A stretch of DNA of 64,000 nucleotides from Coleofasciculus sp. B1-GNL1-01 (GCA_040220235.1 JAVJTO010000071.1); one strand, 5' to 3'; counted from the stretch's first letter, positions 18,119 to 28,079 are shown. Notes: generated from the letters alone by a model not told the origin. Translations and numbers: made by a program.

Positions 18119-20842
18119 ATGTCCTTATACCGATACATTGTTGCCTTGCTATTGCTCCCTATCTTGGCAACACCTCAGATAGTTTTAGGTCAACCGTTCA
18201 ATGAAAATGAACGTTTAGAACGTGCAGCTAGCGTTTATCAGAACGGGGATTGTCAGTATGCAGAGCAACTGTATCAACAAGTTCTTGAAGTTAATCAGAA
18301 TTCTGCCCTTGCTTACCTCGGACTAGGCAATTCGTTGTATTGTCAGCAGCGTTTTGAGCAGGCAATTACTGCTTATACGAAAGCGATTCAGTTGAACCCA
18401 GAAAATGCGGCAGCTTACAGGGGACGAGGAGATGCACTGAGAAAGAAGGAAAAGCTTGATCAGGCATTAGCAGACTACCAACGAGCGATACAGGCTGACT
18501 CTAATAATGCTTCTGCCTATCTGAGTATTGGTCATATTCTATTTTACGACAAGGATCAAGAAAGTGAAGCGATCGCTGCTTATCAACGTGCTGTTGAGTT
18601 GAGTCCACAATGGGGATATGCTTGGCTGTCTCTTGCAGTGGCGCTGGATTCGGAAGATCGGGAAGCAAAGGCACTTGATGCTTATCGGAAAGCCACTGAA
18701 GTTAATCCTAACTATACTGAGGCATGGAATCGGTTAGGGCTATTTTTGGCTAAGAAAGGTCAGTTAGAGGAGGCAATAGAAGCTTACAGTAGTGGGATTA
18801 ACAGTAATTCTGATTGTGCTTCGGCGAGACCTAGTGCTGCTCCTATCTGTGCTGATGTCTACTATAACCGTGCTGAAGCGCGTAGGCGAAGTCGGAAGAT
18901 CGCTGAAGCTTATGAGGATTATAAAATAGCAGCAAGACTTAACCCCAAAAAAGAGAGAAATTTTTACACTGCATTTATCTACTTTTTACAACAGGAAACA
19001 TTCAGAGAATATTTAGAGCAAAATTCTAGCAATTATTTACAGAAAGCTAATTCTCAGCTTGTGTTAGGTCAAATTAATGAATCTATAGCAACTTATCAGG
19101 AAGCCATTCGTACTGATCCGAACGATTCAAATGCTTATGCTGGTTTAAGTTTAGCTTTTGCCTTCATTGGAAATATGGATGAGGCGTTAATAAATTATGA
19201 AAAATCGGTTAACACATTTAATTTAGAAGAAACTGAAGATAATCCTTTGGCATTAACACCAACAATTATATCTAACAATCCAGTGATTGATTGGACAGGA
19301 ATGGCTGGTGCTTTTTTATATGTACAAGGAAAAAAGGAAAAAGTATTATCTATTATAGATCAAGCAACGAGGCGTGATTCTGGGAAATCAATGATGTATT
19401 TGTCTTTAGCAACTGGTTTTGGACAGTTTGAAGATGAAGCAGGAATTGATATTAAAGCAGAATGGAAAACTATATTGTCAAGAGGTATTAATAGATATCC
19501 CCAGACTCAGGGCGCTCAAATAATGCAGTTTATATTACTAGCTAGTCAAGAAGATATTGACAAAGCACATCAATATGCAAACAATACTTTTACGTTCAAT
19601 AATAGTGCCATCCAAAATCATCCAGAATTAGCAGAATGTTTACAAAATTGGCAAACCAATATATATAATTCTGAGTCTGTAACCTTCAATGATCTTTTCA
19701 AAACATTTCAATGTATGCCAGAAGATTTTTTAGTAGGAGGTAACACTGTATTTAATATTGACAGTTTGATTGAACACTTTGGTGGTATTGACTACAAAGA
19801 ATCTAATTTAAATGAAAATTTCGTGGATGCTAGTATAGACTTTCAAGTTGAACTATTGAATGAATTTACGAGCAGTGATGGTCAATCAGTCAATATAGAA
19901 AATTCTTCTGAAATAGCAAAATTTTTTAGTAGCCAAGCACCCTGGTATGCAGTACAAGGTTTGACCAATCAAGCCCAGCGTGTCCTTAATCTGGCACTAA
20001 ATACAGACCCAGAGAATCCTACAGCACTAATAACACAAGGCGCAATTGCCGCTCAAACTGGGGATTTAAACGCTGCAATAAACACCCTTTTGCAAGGACA
20101 AGAATTATCTGAAGACGAACTTAAGATATTTGCTCAAAATTTCAATGACCTACTCAACACTCGCCTAGCACCTCAATCAGAAAATTGGGTACAACCACCT
20201 CTTGAAAACGCTGATAATTCTACCCTTCGCTCTGTTGTCAAAATCCCTAATAATGACGGCGTTGGTGCAGGGATAGTCATTAACCGCCAAGGCGGAACGC
20301 TCTACATTTTAACAGCTCGTCATGTCATTGGTGGTACTAACTGTATTAATGCCAACAGTCAAGGATGCCAAGTCAGTGATAGGATAGCAGTAGAATTTTA
20401 CAGCCCACCCGGACAACAACCCATCCAAAAAATAGCCGAGTTACTTCCCCAAAGTTGGGCAGGAAACTTAGACCTGGTTGTCTTAACTGTTAGTGGCGGT
20501 GTTCCCCCAGACATTCAACCTCTACCCATTGCCAACACTCAACCTCGTAGAAATGACACCCTAAAAGTTATTGGACATCCATCAGAAACACGACAAGCAT
20601 GGTCAATTCAGCCTCACCGCTTTATCAACAATATTTCAGGTCAATTTGCTTGCTCACAGTATTCTTGTCTACAGCTTTCCGAACCTCAACTGAGTCCCGG
20701 TAATTCTGGTGGGGCAGTTTTAAATCAAAACAATGAAATTGTTGGTATAGTTATAGAAGGGACTAACAATGAAAACGGTAACTTCGCCTACTCTGCTAAC
20801 ACCATAAGACAAGCCCTACAACAATGGGGTATCCACCCTTGA
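18119..20842 (+). CDS. Secreted TPR-repeat protein with C-terminal trypsin-like serine protease
   Basis: Signal peptide after ATG 18119; many TPRs; TARH, DL and PGNSGG triad motifs. Confidence 0.88.
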   Translation: MSLYRYIVALLLLPILATPQIVLGQPFNENERLERAASVYQNGDCQYAEQLYQQVLEVNQNSALAYLGLGNSLYCQQRFEQAITAYTKAIQLNPENAAAYRGRGDALRKKEKLDQALADYQRAIQADSNNASAYLSIGHILFYDKDQESEAIAAYQRAVELSPQWGYAWLSLAVALDSEDREAKALDAYRKATEVNPNYTEAWNRLGLFLAKKGQLEEAIEAYSSGINSNSDCASARPSAAPICADVYYNRAEARRRSRKIAEAYEDYKIAARLNPKKERNFYTAFIYFLQQETFREYLEQNSSNYLQKANSQLVLGQINESIATYQEAIRTDPNDSNAYAGLSLAFAFIGNMDEALINYEKSVNTFNLEETEDNPLALTPTIISNNPVIDWTGMAGAFLYVQGKKEKVLSIIDQATRRDSGKSMMYLSLATGFGQFEDEAGIDIKAEWKTILSRGINRYPQTQGAQIMQFILLASQEDIDKAHQYANNTFTFNNSAIQNHPELAECLQNWQTNIYNSESVTFNDLFKTFQCMPEDFLVGGNTVFNIDSLIEHFGGIDYKESNLNENFVDASIDFQVELLNEFTSSDGQSVNIENSSEIAKFFSSQAPWYAVQGLTNQAQRVLNLALNTDPENPTALITQGAIAAQTGDLNAAINTLLQGQELSEDELKIFAQNFNDLLNTRLAPQSENWVQPPLENADNSTLRSVVKIPNNDGVGAGIVINRQGGTLYILTARHVIGGTNCINANSQGCQVSDRIAVEFYSPPGQQPIQKIAELLPQSWAGNLDLVVLTVSGGVPPDIQPLPIANTQPRRNDTLKVIGHPSETRQAWSIQPHRFINNISGQFACSQYSCLQLSEPQLSPGNSGGAVLNQNNEIVGIVIEGTNNENGNFAYSANTIRQALQQWGIHP

Positions 20843-20847
20843 GGACA

Positions 20848-21633
20848 ATGAAGTTGACCACAAGATATAAATATTTTACCGCTTTACTGCTATTATCATT
20901 CGCTTTATTTGTTTCCACTACGTCATTAGCTCAACAGCGCTGTCCTCGTTCAGAATGCCAGTATCAACGTCGGCAAAATCCCACTCGCTGGGAAGGTGTA
21001 TTGCCAACTCCATTAGGAGACAATGTTAATCTGGTTTCTTTTGCCGTCAATGGTGTAACTTCAGGGAGAGTTAACCAGATTCCGATTCAGATTCCTAAAA
21101 TTTGCTCTCAGGCAAAAGTAAGTATTCAAGCGTTTCAAGAACGGGAGCGCTATCGTCTCGATAAAATTAGTTCAAATAGTTGGACGCAAAATTCTGCGAC
21201 TCCACAAACCCTCATTTTTAATTGGGCAACCAATATCTTTCTGAGAGCAGGATTTGATCCAAGTCGATTGTTTGCTCTTGCTATTGATCAGGAGGATATT
21301 GGAGACGTTTACCTCCCCGTAGGTTTAGGAAATTCAGACAGTAGTTATGAGTTTGTCCTAGCTACCAACAACTATAATGATCAATTTATTGTCACAGCAT
21401 TTCAAATCAAAAAAGAGGGCAGTCCGAATACTATTTATGTAGATGATGATCTTACCTATAGAACTTTCCATCATTTTCAATGGAATGGTCGGGATAAAGG
21501 CGGAAATCAGCTACCCGATGGTATTTATGAATTAGAATATACCACTCAAGTTAAACTACCTAGTGGTAATCTGTCCAACCGCAACCGCAAGTATCGGTAT
21601 TTCAGACACATTAAATCATTTTTGCGTAAGTAA
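20848..21633 (+). CDS. Secreted hypothetical protein with FlgD-Ig-like C-terminus
   Basis: Signal peptide; 'FQWNGRDKGGNQLPDGIY'. Confidence 0.65.
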   Translation: MKLTTRYKYFTALLLLSFALFVSTTSLAQQRCPRSECQYQRRQNPTRWEGVLPTPLGDNVNLVSFAVNGVTSGRVNQIPIQIPKICSQAKVSIQAFQERERYRLDKISSNSWTQNSATPQTLIFNWATNIFLRAGFDPSRLFALAIDQEDIGDVYLPVGLGNSDSSYEFVLATNNYNDQFIVTAFQIKKEGSPNTIYVDDDLTYRTFHHFQWNGRDKGGNQLPDGIYELEYTTQVKLPSGNLSNRNRKYRYFRHIKSFLRK

Positions 21634-21639
21634 AGATAA

Positions 21640-23157
21640 ATGAAAGTTTGGCATCAGATTAAACTGGCGTTGACAACCCTCATTCAAGTCAGTCATAAAA
21701 TTGTTTTTCAGGGGTGGAGTTTATTACTTGATTTAGCTGTTAAATTGCATCAATATATTCAAGCCAATTTAAATCAAATTAACGTTTTCTTGGTTAAGTT
21801 TACGACTAAATTCATTGTCAAAGCTAAGAATAGTTTATTGAGTACAGGTTTGTTTTTATTGAATTTGGTCAAGCACACAACGCTAAAGATCCTTAATTTA
21901 GGATTAAATATAGTTAAATTGAGTTTTCACAAATTATCAAAAAATACTATAAAAACATTAAACTTTATTGCCAATATAAACAAAATCGTTTTAATTTCTG
22001 CATTATGCTTTTTGATTAGTATAATACCAGTCCTTCTTTATTTATGGACTACGGAAAGTGAGTTGTCAGGATATTTAACTGTTCAACAAGTAGAATTTAC
22101 ATATCAATCCGACTCTTCTCTCCTTAAAGGAATCAATCGCGTTAAATCTATTGACATTAGAGGAGGTTCAGAAATCACCCTCAGTGGTGTTATTGAAGAA
22201 TCAGAGATTGCGTCAGAGATAAAAAATGGAATTAATACGAAAGAAGGGATAACCTTTAAGCTTGGCAGTCCAGAAACTAGCAGATTATTCTTACAAAGCC
22301 TTAATCCTACTGAGAGCGAGATAGTCATCGAGGATTTATGTGTAATACCGGGGACGCACATCTCTAATTTTTTCTATAATCAGGGCAATATTAATAAGTT
22401 AGATGACCAAGGTTTTGAAATCGGACTCAACCCAAGCAACAATAACATTGAGCAATCTTCAGGAGGATGTAAAAGCAATTTTCTTAAGCTGGGTTTAGGT
22501 AAACAACTCGTACAAGTTACGGTAGAAAATGCCACACTTGTCAACCCTAACTTGGAGCAACCGATTAAAAATTTGAAATTTAAGCTACAACCCCGAGCAT
22601 ATACGAGACAGTTGCCAATTATTAGCAGGTCAATTATATATATTGATCTGCCACCAGAATCACGAGCAGAATTGGATTATGCTGCAAAATTTCCAGACAA
22701 AAGCAACAGTTCTGATTGGTTGGGTCGAAGACTTGAGGTTAGTGATCTAAGCTTAGAAAGAATCGAAGAGGCTGATAATCCCAACGAGAGAACAAAACAG
22801 TCTAACCTGATCAAAGGTCAGTTATTTTTGAATAAAAGCGTCTTAGAGATTGATCAAGGACAATTTTTATGTACTGAAGGATCTGGAATTGAGAGTATTG
22901 AACAAATTCTGATTGTTCCTGATGGATTAAAGTTGAACATTAGCGGTAAAGCTTCTCACCTCAAAACATCCTTAAATGCCTCTTGTCAAGATTCGACAGT
23001 ATCAGAAATACGGTCAAATAAACTTTTTACCTTAGTTCCCAAAGATACAGTAGAGTTGCTTGTAATCCCTTTTGCTTCTGCTGCTTTTGGTTCATTCATT
23101 GTTTTTCTCGTGCAAATCATGGCAGATTTACAAAAGTCTCACCCGAAAACACCATGA
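21640..23157 (+). CDS. Hypothetical membrane-anchored protein
   Basis: 505-aa ORF 6 bp after the previous gene; TM segments near aa 115-135 and at the C-terminus. Confidence 0.65.
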   Translation: MKVWHQIKLALTTLIQVSHKIVFQGWSLLLDLAVKLHQYIQANLNQINVFLVKFTTKFIVKAKNSLLSTGLFLLNLVKHTTLKILNLGLNIVKLSFHKLSKNTIKTLNFIANINKIVLISALCFLISIIPVLLYLWTTESELSGYLTVQQVEFTYQSDSSLLKGINRVKSIDIRGGSEITLSGVIEESEIASEIKNGINTKEGITFKLGSPETSRLFLQSLNPTESEIVIEDLCVIPGTHISNFFYNQGNINKLDDQGFEIGLNPSNNNIEQSSGGCKSNFLKLGLGKQLVQVTVENATLVNPNLEQPIKNLKFKLQPRAYTRQLPIISRSIIYIDLPPESRAELDYAAKFPDKSNSSDWLGRRLEVSDLSLERIEEADNPNERTKQSNLIKGQLFLNKSVLEIDQGQFLCTEGSGIESIEQILIVPDGLKLNISGKASHLKTSLNASCQDSTVSEIRSNKLFTLVPKDTVELLVIPFASAAFGSFIVFLVQIMADLQKSHPKTP

Positions 23158-23257
23158 TTTTAACGATAAAGTACCTATTGCCTTAATTCAGGTTTAGCCA
23201 CCAGTATGGCAATCTTGTACTCGACTGGTGGTCTAGTCGAATACAAATATATATATA

Positions 23258-23806
23258 TTAATGATCCCAGGATTCATCAAACATCAAATTCCGAACATTC
23301 TTTAACACAAAATTCCCCGTCTCTTTGCTTAATTCACCCAGACAGATTATCGGATAACGTTCTTGATAGGCTTTAACTGCTAAAATATAGTCATAACCTG
23401 TTAACTCTGTCTTAATTTTTCGCAGTTTATCTCCCACAACACCCAGCAACATTATCTGACCACTTAAGGGGTCAGAATTCGGCGTGTTAATGTGCATCAC
23501 CACTCCCTGAAGTGTAATCGTTTGTCCACCAGAAAGCAGTTCACTCAAAATCTCAACTTGAGAACGACTCTCGACAACGGCTAACGTTTCAATCGCCTCA
23601 CTAATGCGAGTAACATAATCCCCTAGATTGGTTTTTAGAGGCAACAAAATCTCAAACTTCCCCCGTTGCTCATCCTGCTTGAGCCAAATCATAGCATTAT
23701 CCAAAAATGGACGGTCTTCATACCAGCCATGAGCTTTTAAATACGCCTGAAGCTGTTTCGGTTCTATGCTTTTTAAACATTCAATATCTCGCACCGTTAC
23801 ATTCAT
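23258..23806 (-). CDS. Hypothetical protein ('LQAYL.AHGW...EILLP...DY..RI.EAI..LA.VE.R' type)
   Basis: Open frame; ATG 23806 chosen because the upstream extension runs into a MITE end. Confidence 0.7.
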   Translation of the reverse strand: MNVTVRDIECLKSIEPKQLQAYLKAHGWYEDRPFLDNAMIWLKQDEQRGKFEILLPLKTNLGDYVTRISEAIETLAVVESRSQVEILSELLSGGQTITLQGVVMHINTPNSDPLSGQIMLLGVVGDKLRKIKTELTGYDYILAVKAYQERYPIICLGELSKETGNFVLKNVRNLMFDESWDH

Positions 23807-23844
23807 AAGTAGGTGTACACAATTAAAGTTAACGGTTGAGATTA

Positions 23845-23999
23845 AGCTGTTCGGCATTTAAACCTTCATGTCAATAATGGCGAAATCCTTGCCGTAGTGC
23901 GTTAAGCGAAGCCATGCCGCAGGCTTTGCATCTTGCTCGCTGCATTGAGCATCTTGCTAAGACGCTGTATCATTAATTGATATTAAATGCGGGTTAGCC
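23845..23999. mobile_element. MITE-like element, inverted copy of 55391-55514
   Basis: About 95 bp near-identical to the reverse complement of 55421-55514; AGCTGTTCGGCATTTAAA end. Confidence 0.8.
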
Positions 24000-24082
24000 A
24001 CCCCCTTGATAATTTAGTCCGCGTAGGCGGACTTTGTTTGTGTAGCAGCGACTTCTAGTCGCCATGGCAAAAAGGGCATTTC

Positions 24083-26365
24083 TTATAAGAATATTAATGG
24101 GGGAACGTCTGAACTAGCTGAAATTACCTGACCAATAATGCGACTCTGTTGATATCCTAATTCTTGCAGAACCTGCTCACACTTTACCGCCTGTTCACTA
24201 GGAATCGTCGCCAATAACCCGCCAGAGGTTTGTGGATCAAAAAGTACCGGATAATTAGCGCGATCGCAAATCTCTTCTTGATTCCTGATAAACCGTGCAG
24301 CTTGGACATTCTGGGGATACAGTGAACTGACAATTCCCTGCTGCACAAGTTCCGTCACCCCCTCCAGCAGGGGAATTTTATCCCACTCTAAATCCACCGC
24401 CACCCCCGATGCTTGCACCATTTCTACTAAATGTCCCACGAGTCCAAATCCTGTCACATCCGTACAAGCCGTGACACCATGATCTCGGAATACCTTAACC
24501 GCTTCCTGATTCGACAACAACATCGACTCAACCGCCTGATCAATCCAGTATCCTTTTACCTGCAAACGTTGATGTGCAGCAAATAAAATTCCCGTTCCTA
24601 AGGCTTTAGTCAAAATTAAGCGATCGCCTGGTTTCATCCCACTTTTTTTAATCAGTTGCTGAGGATACACTAATCCATTACAGGATAAACCAAAGGCTAA
24701 TTCTGTCCCTTCTGTGGTATGTCCTCCCACCAACGGCGCTTGTACCTGCGATAATACCTTCATCGCCCCTGATAACAATTGATAGAGGGTTTCCTCCTGT
24801 TTAGCGGCTGTCGCATAAGGTACTGTTACCATTGCCAAAACACTCTGAGGCGTCGCACCCATGGCAAATAAATCGCTGAGACAGTGATGGGTGCTAATTT
24901 GTCCAAAGATGAAGGGATCATTGATTAAAGTGCGAAAATAATCAACCGTTTGCACTAATAGTTTATCGGCGGGAACTTTTAGCACCGCTGCATCATCGGG
25001 CGTTCCCAATCCGAGAATAATCTCCTCTGGCGTGGGGAAAGGATACTCATCCTGCACCCGTTTTAATACTCGTTCTAGGGTAGGGCTACCCACTTTAGAA
25101 CCACAGCCAGCGCAATACATCGGTGGGGCGTTTTTCGGTGTCCCTAAACGGGGGTATTTCGTCAAGTTTGGCGTTTTCTCTGGAACAGGATTAACTGATT
25201 CCATTTCTGGCAACTCCCTAAATTGTCGCATAAACTTGCGATCAATATAATCCTTCCAACGCCATAGTAGTCGGGAATGCCAGCCAAAGGGACCCCAAGA
25301 GGCGATCGCGCTTCCATCACCTGTGCCAATTAAACTCAAATACCGCCGTTGAGGTTTGTAAGGATGTAGCGCTTTTCCTTGTACAAAGTGACGCAAATTG
25401 TCCACTAAAGGCTTCCCTTGACGCACCGCAAATACCCCGGCTTTCGGACGAGGATGATTCACCATGGTGGCGATATCACCAGCGGCAAAAATATGAGGAT
25501 GAGAGAGGGATTGTAAGGTATCACCGACTGAAATAAAACCCTTTGAAGTGGTATGCAATCCTGATTCAGCAATCCAACTCGGTGCAGAGGCTTGCGTTAC
25601 CCAGAAGCTATAATTACAATCGACAACTAAACCAGACTCACAGCAAATTTTATCCGGCAATATCTGAGAAACCGTTTCCCCTAAATGCACCTGAATTCCC
25701 CGTTTTGTAAGCAACTTCTCAACATATCGCTGCGCCCAGGAATTATGACCTGGTAATAGTTGATTTCCCCGATGAAATAAATGAATTTTTACAGACGTGC
25801 CATGGCGCGTCTCTACATTAATAATACGCCGTTGCATTGTCATTGCCAGTTCTACCCCACCTGCACCACCGCCAACAATTCCTAAACTCAGGGAGGGTTT
25901 AGGATGTTGTGCAAGAGTTTCAATAATTCGATTCCATTCCTTTAAAAATTGGGGGACAGGTTTAGCCGGAATCACGTATTTAGCTACGCCAGAAACCGAT
26001 TCTTGCGCCGGGGTACTACCAATATCAATTGACAAGACATCAAAGGCAACGGGAGGACGATTGGCACAGATAACCTTATTCGAGTTTAAATTTAAACCTA
26101 CGGCTTTATCGATATACAATTGAGCGCCAGCAAATTGAGCAAGACGTTGCAAATCGATATGACATTCATCAAAAGTATAGAACCCCGCCACATGACCCGG
26201 TAGCATTCCAGAATAGGGGGTATGAGACACATTGGTAATCAGCGTCAACCGCACTCCAGGCAAGGGATTCATCCCCAACATCCGCAGTGCGATCGCATGG
26301 CTATGACCGCCGCCGATCAGGACTAAATCTTTGTCCTTTGTCCTTTGTCCTTTGTCCTTTGTCAT
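24083..26365 (-). CDS. selD: Selenide, water dikinase (SelD) fused to an N-terminal FAD/NAD(P) pyridine nucleotide-disulfide oxidoreductase domain
   Basis: N-term 'LVLIGGGHSH', 'GGGAGGVE', 'IFAAGD', 'PKAGVFAVRQG'; C-term 'CAGCGSKV', 'DDAAV', 'QTVDYF', 'SDLFAMG', 'GGHT', 'TDVTGFGL.GH', 'DPQTSGGLL'. Confidence 0.92.
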   Translation of the reverse strand: MTKDKGQRTKDKDLVLIGGGHSHAIALRMLGMNPLPGVRLTLITNVSHTPYSGMLPGHVAGFYTFDECHIDLQRLAQFAGAQLYIDKAVGLNLNSNKVICANRPPVAFDVLSIDIGSTPAQESVSGVAKYVIPAKPVPQFLKEWNRIIETLAQHPKPSLSLGIVGGGAGGVELAMTMQRRIINVETRHGTSVKIHLFHRGNQLLPGHNSWAQRYVEKLLTKRGIQVHLGETVSQILPDKICCESGLVVDCNYSFWVTQASAPSWIAESGLHTTSKGFISVGDTLQSLSHPHIFAAGDIATMVNHPRPKAGVFAVRQGKPLVDNLRHFVQGKALHPYKPQRRYLSLIGTGDGSAIASWGPFGWHSRLLWRWKDYIDRKFMRQFRELPEMESVNPVPEKTPNLTKYPRLGTPKNAPPMYCAGCGSKVGSPTLERVLKRVQDEYPFPTPEEIILGLGTPDDAAVLKVPADKLLVQTVDYFRTLINDPFIFGQISTHHCLSDLFAMGATPQSVLAMVTVPYATAAKQEETLYQLLSGAMKVLSQVQAPLVGGHTTEGTELAFGLSCNGLVYPQQLIKKSGMKPGDRLILTKALGTGILFAAHQRLQVKGYWIDQAVESMLLSNQEAVKVFRDHGVTACTDVTGFGLVGHLVEMVQASGVAVDLEWDKIPLLEGVTELVQQGIVSSLYPQNVQAARFIRNQEEICDRANYPVLFDPQTSGGLLATIPSEQAVKCEQVLQELGYQQSRIIGQVISASSDVPPLIFL
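26329..26363. repeat. (CTTTGTC)5 heptamer array at the start of selD
   Basis: Read directly; encodes MTKDKGQRTKDKD on the minus strand. Confidence 0.9.
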
Positions 26366-26463
26366 TGGTCAGGGGTTGACACTTATATGCCTAATTTACC
26401 ATAGTTAAGTTTCTTGAGACTAACCCCTTTCTAATTCTTGGCTTTGATTTGATTATCCTAATA

Positions 26464-26541
26464 GTAGGTTGGGTTGAGGAACGAGACCCAACACTAGCTA
26501 GGTTTAGCTCGTTGGGTTTCACTCTGTTCAACCCAACCTAC
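26464..26541. repeat. GTAG-capped inverted-repeat element (GTAGGTTGGGTTGAGG...AACCCAACCTAC)
   Basis: Homologous to 7317-7396. Confidence 0.85.
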
Positions 26542-26571
26542 AACGTTTGCTCAAAGACAAAGTAACAAATA

Positions 26572-26601
26572 CTTTATCTCATATTTATATTCATCTAACC
26601 T
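26572..26601 (+). promoter_or_regulatory. Possible Pho box (SphR/PhoB site)
   Basis: CTTTATCT-cat-ATTTATAT-tca-TCTAACCT: three 8-mers with 3-bp spacers resembling CTTAACCT, upstream of a phytase-like gene. Confidence 0.35.
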
Positions 26602-26687
26602 TTATGAAGTTTCAATGAAGTCAGAGAATAATGATTCACTACACTTATATAATTTTAATTACCTAGAATATTATTTCATTCCCACAA

Positions 26688-28079
26688 ATGTGCAAGCCTT
26701 TTTATCTATTGTTCAGGAGTCTACCCTCCCTGATTATACCCTTAATTTTCACTTCTCCAGCCGCTGCCGTTCAACTGACCGGACGCGCTATTTTGGGGGC
26801 AGATACATTCGCCCCAGGTCCCACCTCAGGACAACAATTTCCCATCTCCTTTACCGATCAACAACCCGTGCAGGGCTTTTCGGCTGTTTTACCGGGACCT
26901 AAACCCGGAACCTTTCGGGTTATGACAGATAACGGTTTTGGTCGTAAAAGCAATTCGGCTGATTTTCTGCTCCGGGTTTATGCTGTCGAACCCGATTTTA
27001 CCACAGGTCAAGTTTTTCCCGTTAATTTCCAAACGGGGGAACGCCTGACTCGCTTTAGCCAGGAAAGTTTTTTACAGTTACATGATCGGGATAATCAGAT
27101 AGACTTTCCGATTATTGCTGAACAATCATTTTATCCAGACACCACCATTCCTGTAGACCCAATGATTCAATCCAATCGCTGGTTAACGGGTGCTGATTTT
27201 GACATTGAATCCTTCCGTCAAGCGAGTGATGGAACCTACTGGTTTGGTGATGAATTTGGTCCCTTTCTCTTCCATGTTTCGGCAGAAGGTCAAGTTCTGG
27301 ATGCGCCAATTTCGCTGCCCAATTTTCTTGGTCTAGGTGATAACCCCCTGGTTCAATCTCCTGATAATCTTCAATTAGACGGTACAGCCAATTTAGAGGA
27401 TTCTAAAGGATTTGAAGGGCTGGCACTCAATAGCAGTGGTACTAAACTCTACGCCATGCTGGAAGGGGCATTGATACCTGATGACCAAGGCGATCGCCTG
27501 CTGATTAATGAGTTTGATTTAGACCAGCAACAGTATACAGGTAAAACGTTTTTCTATCAACAAGATCCCCAAAGTCAAGCCATTAGTGATTTGACCGCAA
27601 TTAATGACCATGAGTTTCTGGTCATTGAGCGCGATAACAAACAAGGTGATCCTAATAATCCAAAATTTACTAGACCTGCTGAATTTAAGCGGATTTACAA
27701 AATCGACATCAATCAGATAGATAGTAACGGTTTTGTCCAAAAAGAATTAGTAGTGGATTTGCTGAATATTCCTGATCCCGATAATTTGGGCGGTAATGGT
27801 ACAACAGATGGAGTATTTACGTTCCCCTTTGTTACGATTGAAAGCGTATTGCCTATGGATGAGAAAACCCTACTGGTAATGAATGATAATAATTACCCAT
27901 TTTCTAAGGGGCGTAGTCCTGGCCAATCGGATAATAACGAATTTATCCTAGTCCAACTCGATCAACCCTTAAATCTTGATCCGTCTCAGGCTACCCCTGT
28001 CCCTGAACCGATGACTATTGTGGGTTCGGCTGTGGCGTTAGGGTTTGGTGTCTTATTTAAATCTAAAAAAAGGCAGTAA
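26688..28079 (+). CDS. Esterase-like activity of phytase family protein with PEP-CTERM sorting signal
   Basis: 'QGFSA', 'DNGFG.K.NSADF', 'DFDIES', 'GDEFGP', 'GFEGLA', 'NDNNYPF'; C-terminal VPEP-TM-basic tail. Confidence 0.9.
   Translation: MCKPFYLLFRSLPSLIIPLIFTSPAAAVQLTGRAILGADTFAPGPTSGQQFPISFTDQQPVQGFSAVLPGPKPGTFRVMTDNGFGRKSNSADFLLRVYAVEPDFTTGQVFPVNFQTGERLTRFSQESFLQLHDRDNQIDFPIIAEQSFYPDTTIPVDPMIQSNRWLTGADFDIESFRQASDGTYWFGDEFGPFLFHVSAEGQVLDAPISLPNFLGLGDNPLVQSPDNLQLDGTANLEDSKGFEGLALNSSGTKLYAMLEGALIPDDQGDRLLINEFDLDQQQYTGKTFFYQQDPQSQAISDLTAINDHEFLVIERDNKQGDPNNPKFTRPAEFKRIYKIDINQIDSNGFVQKELVVDLLNIPDPDNLGGNGTTDGVFTFPFVTIESVLPMDEKTLLVMNDNNYPFSKGRSPGQSDNNEFILVQLDQPLNLDPSQATPVPEPMTIVGSAVALGFGVLFKSKKRQ

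Noticed and set aside
23807..23857. N-terminal extension of the 199-aa ORF
   Set aside because: Its ATG lies in the MITE terminal repeat; ATG 23806 is more plausible
25080..25125. Selenocysteine (UGA) in the SelD active-site motif
   Set aside because: The motif is CAGCGSK with ordinary Cys codons and no in-frame TGA
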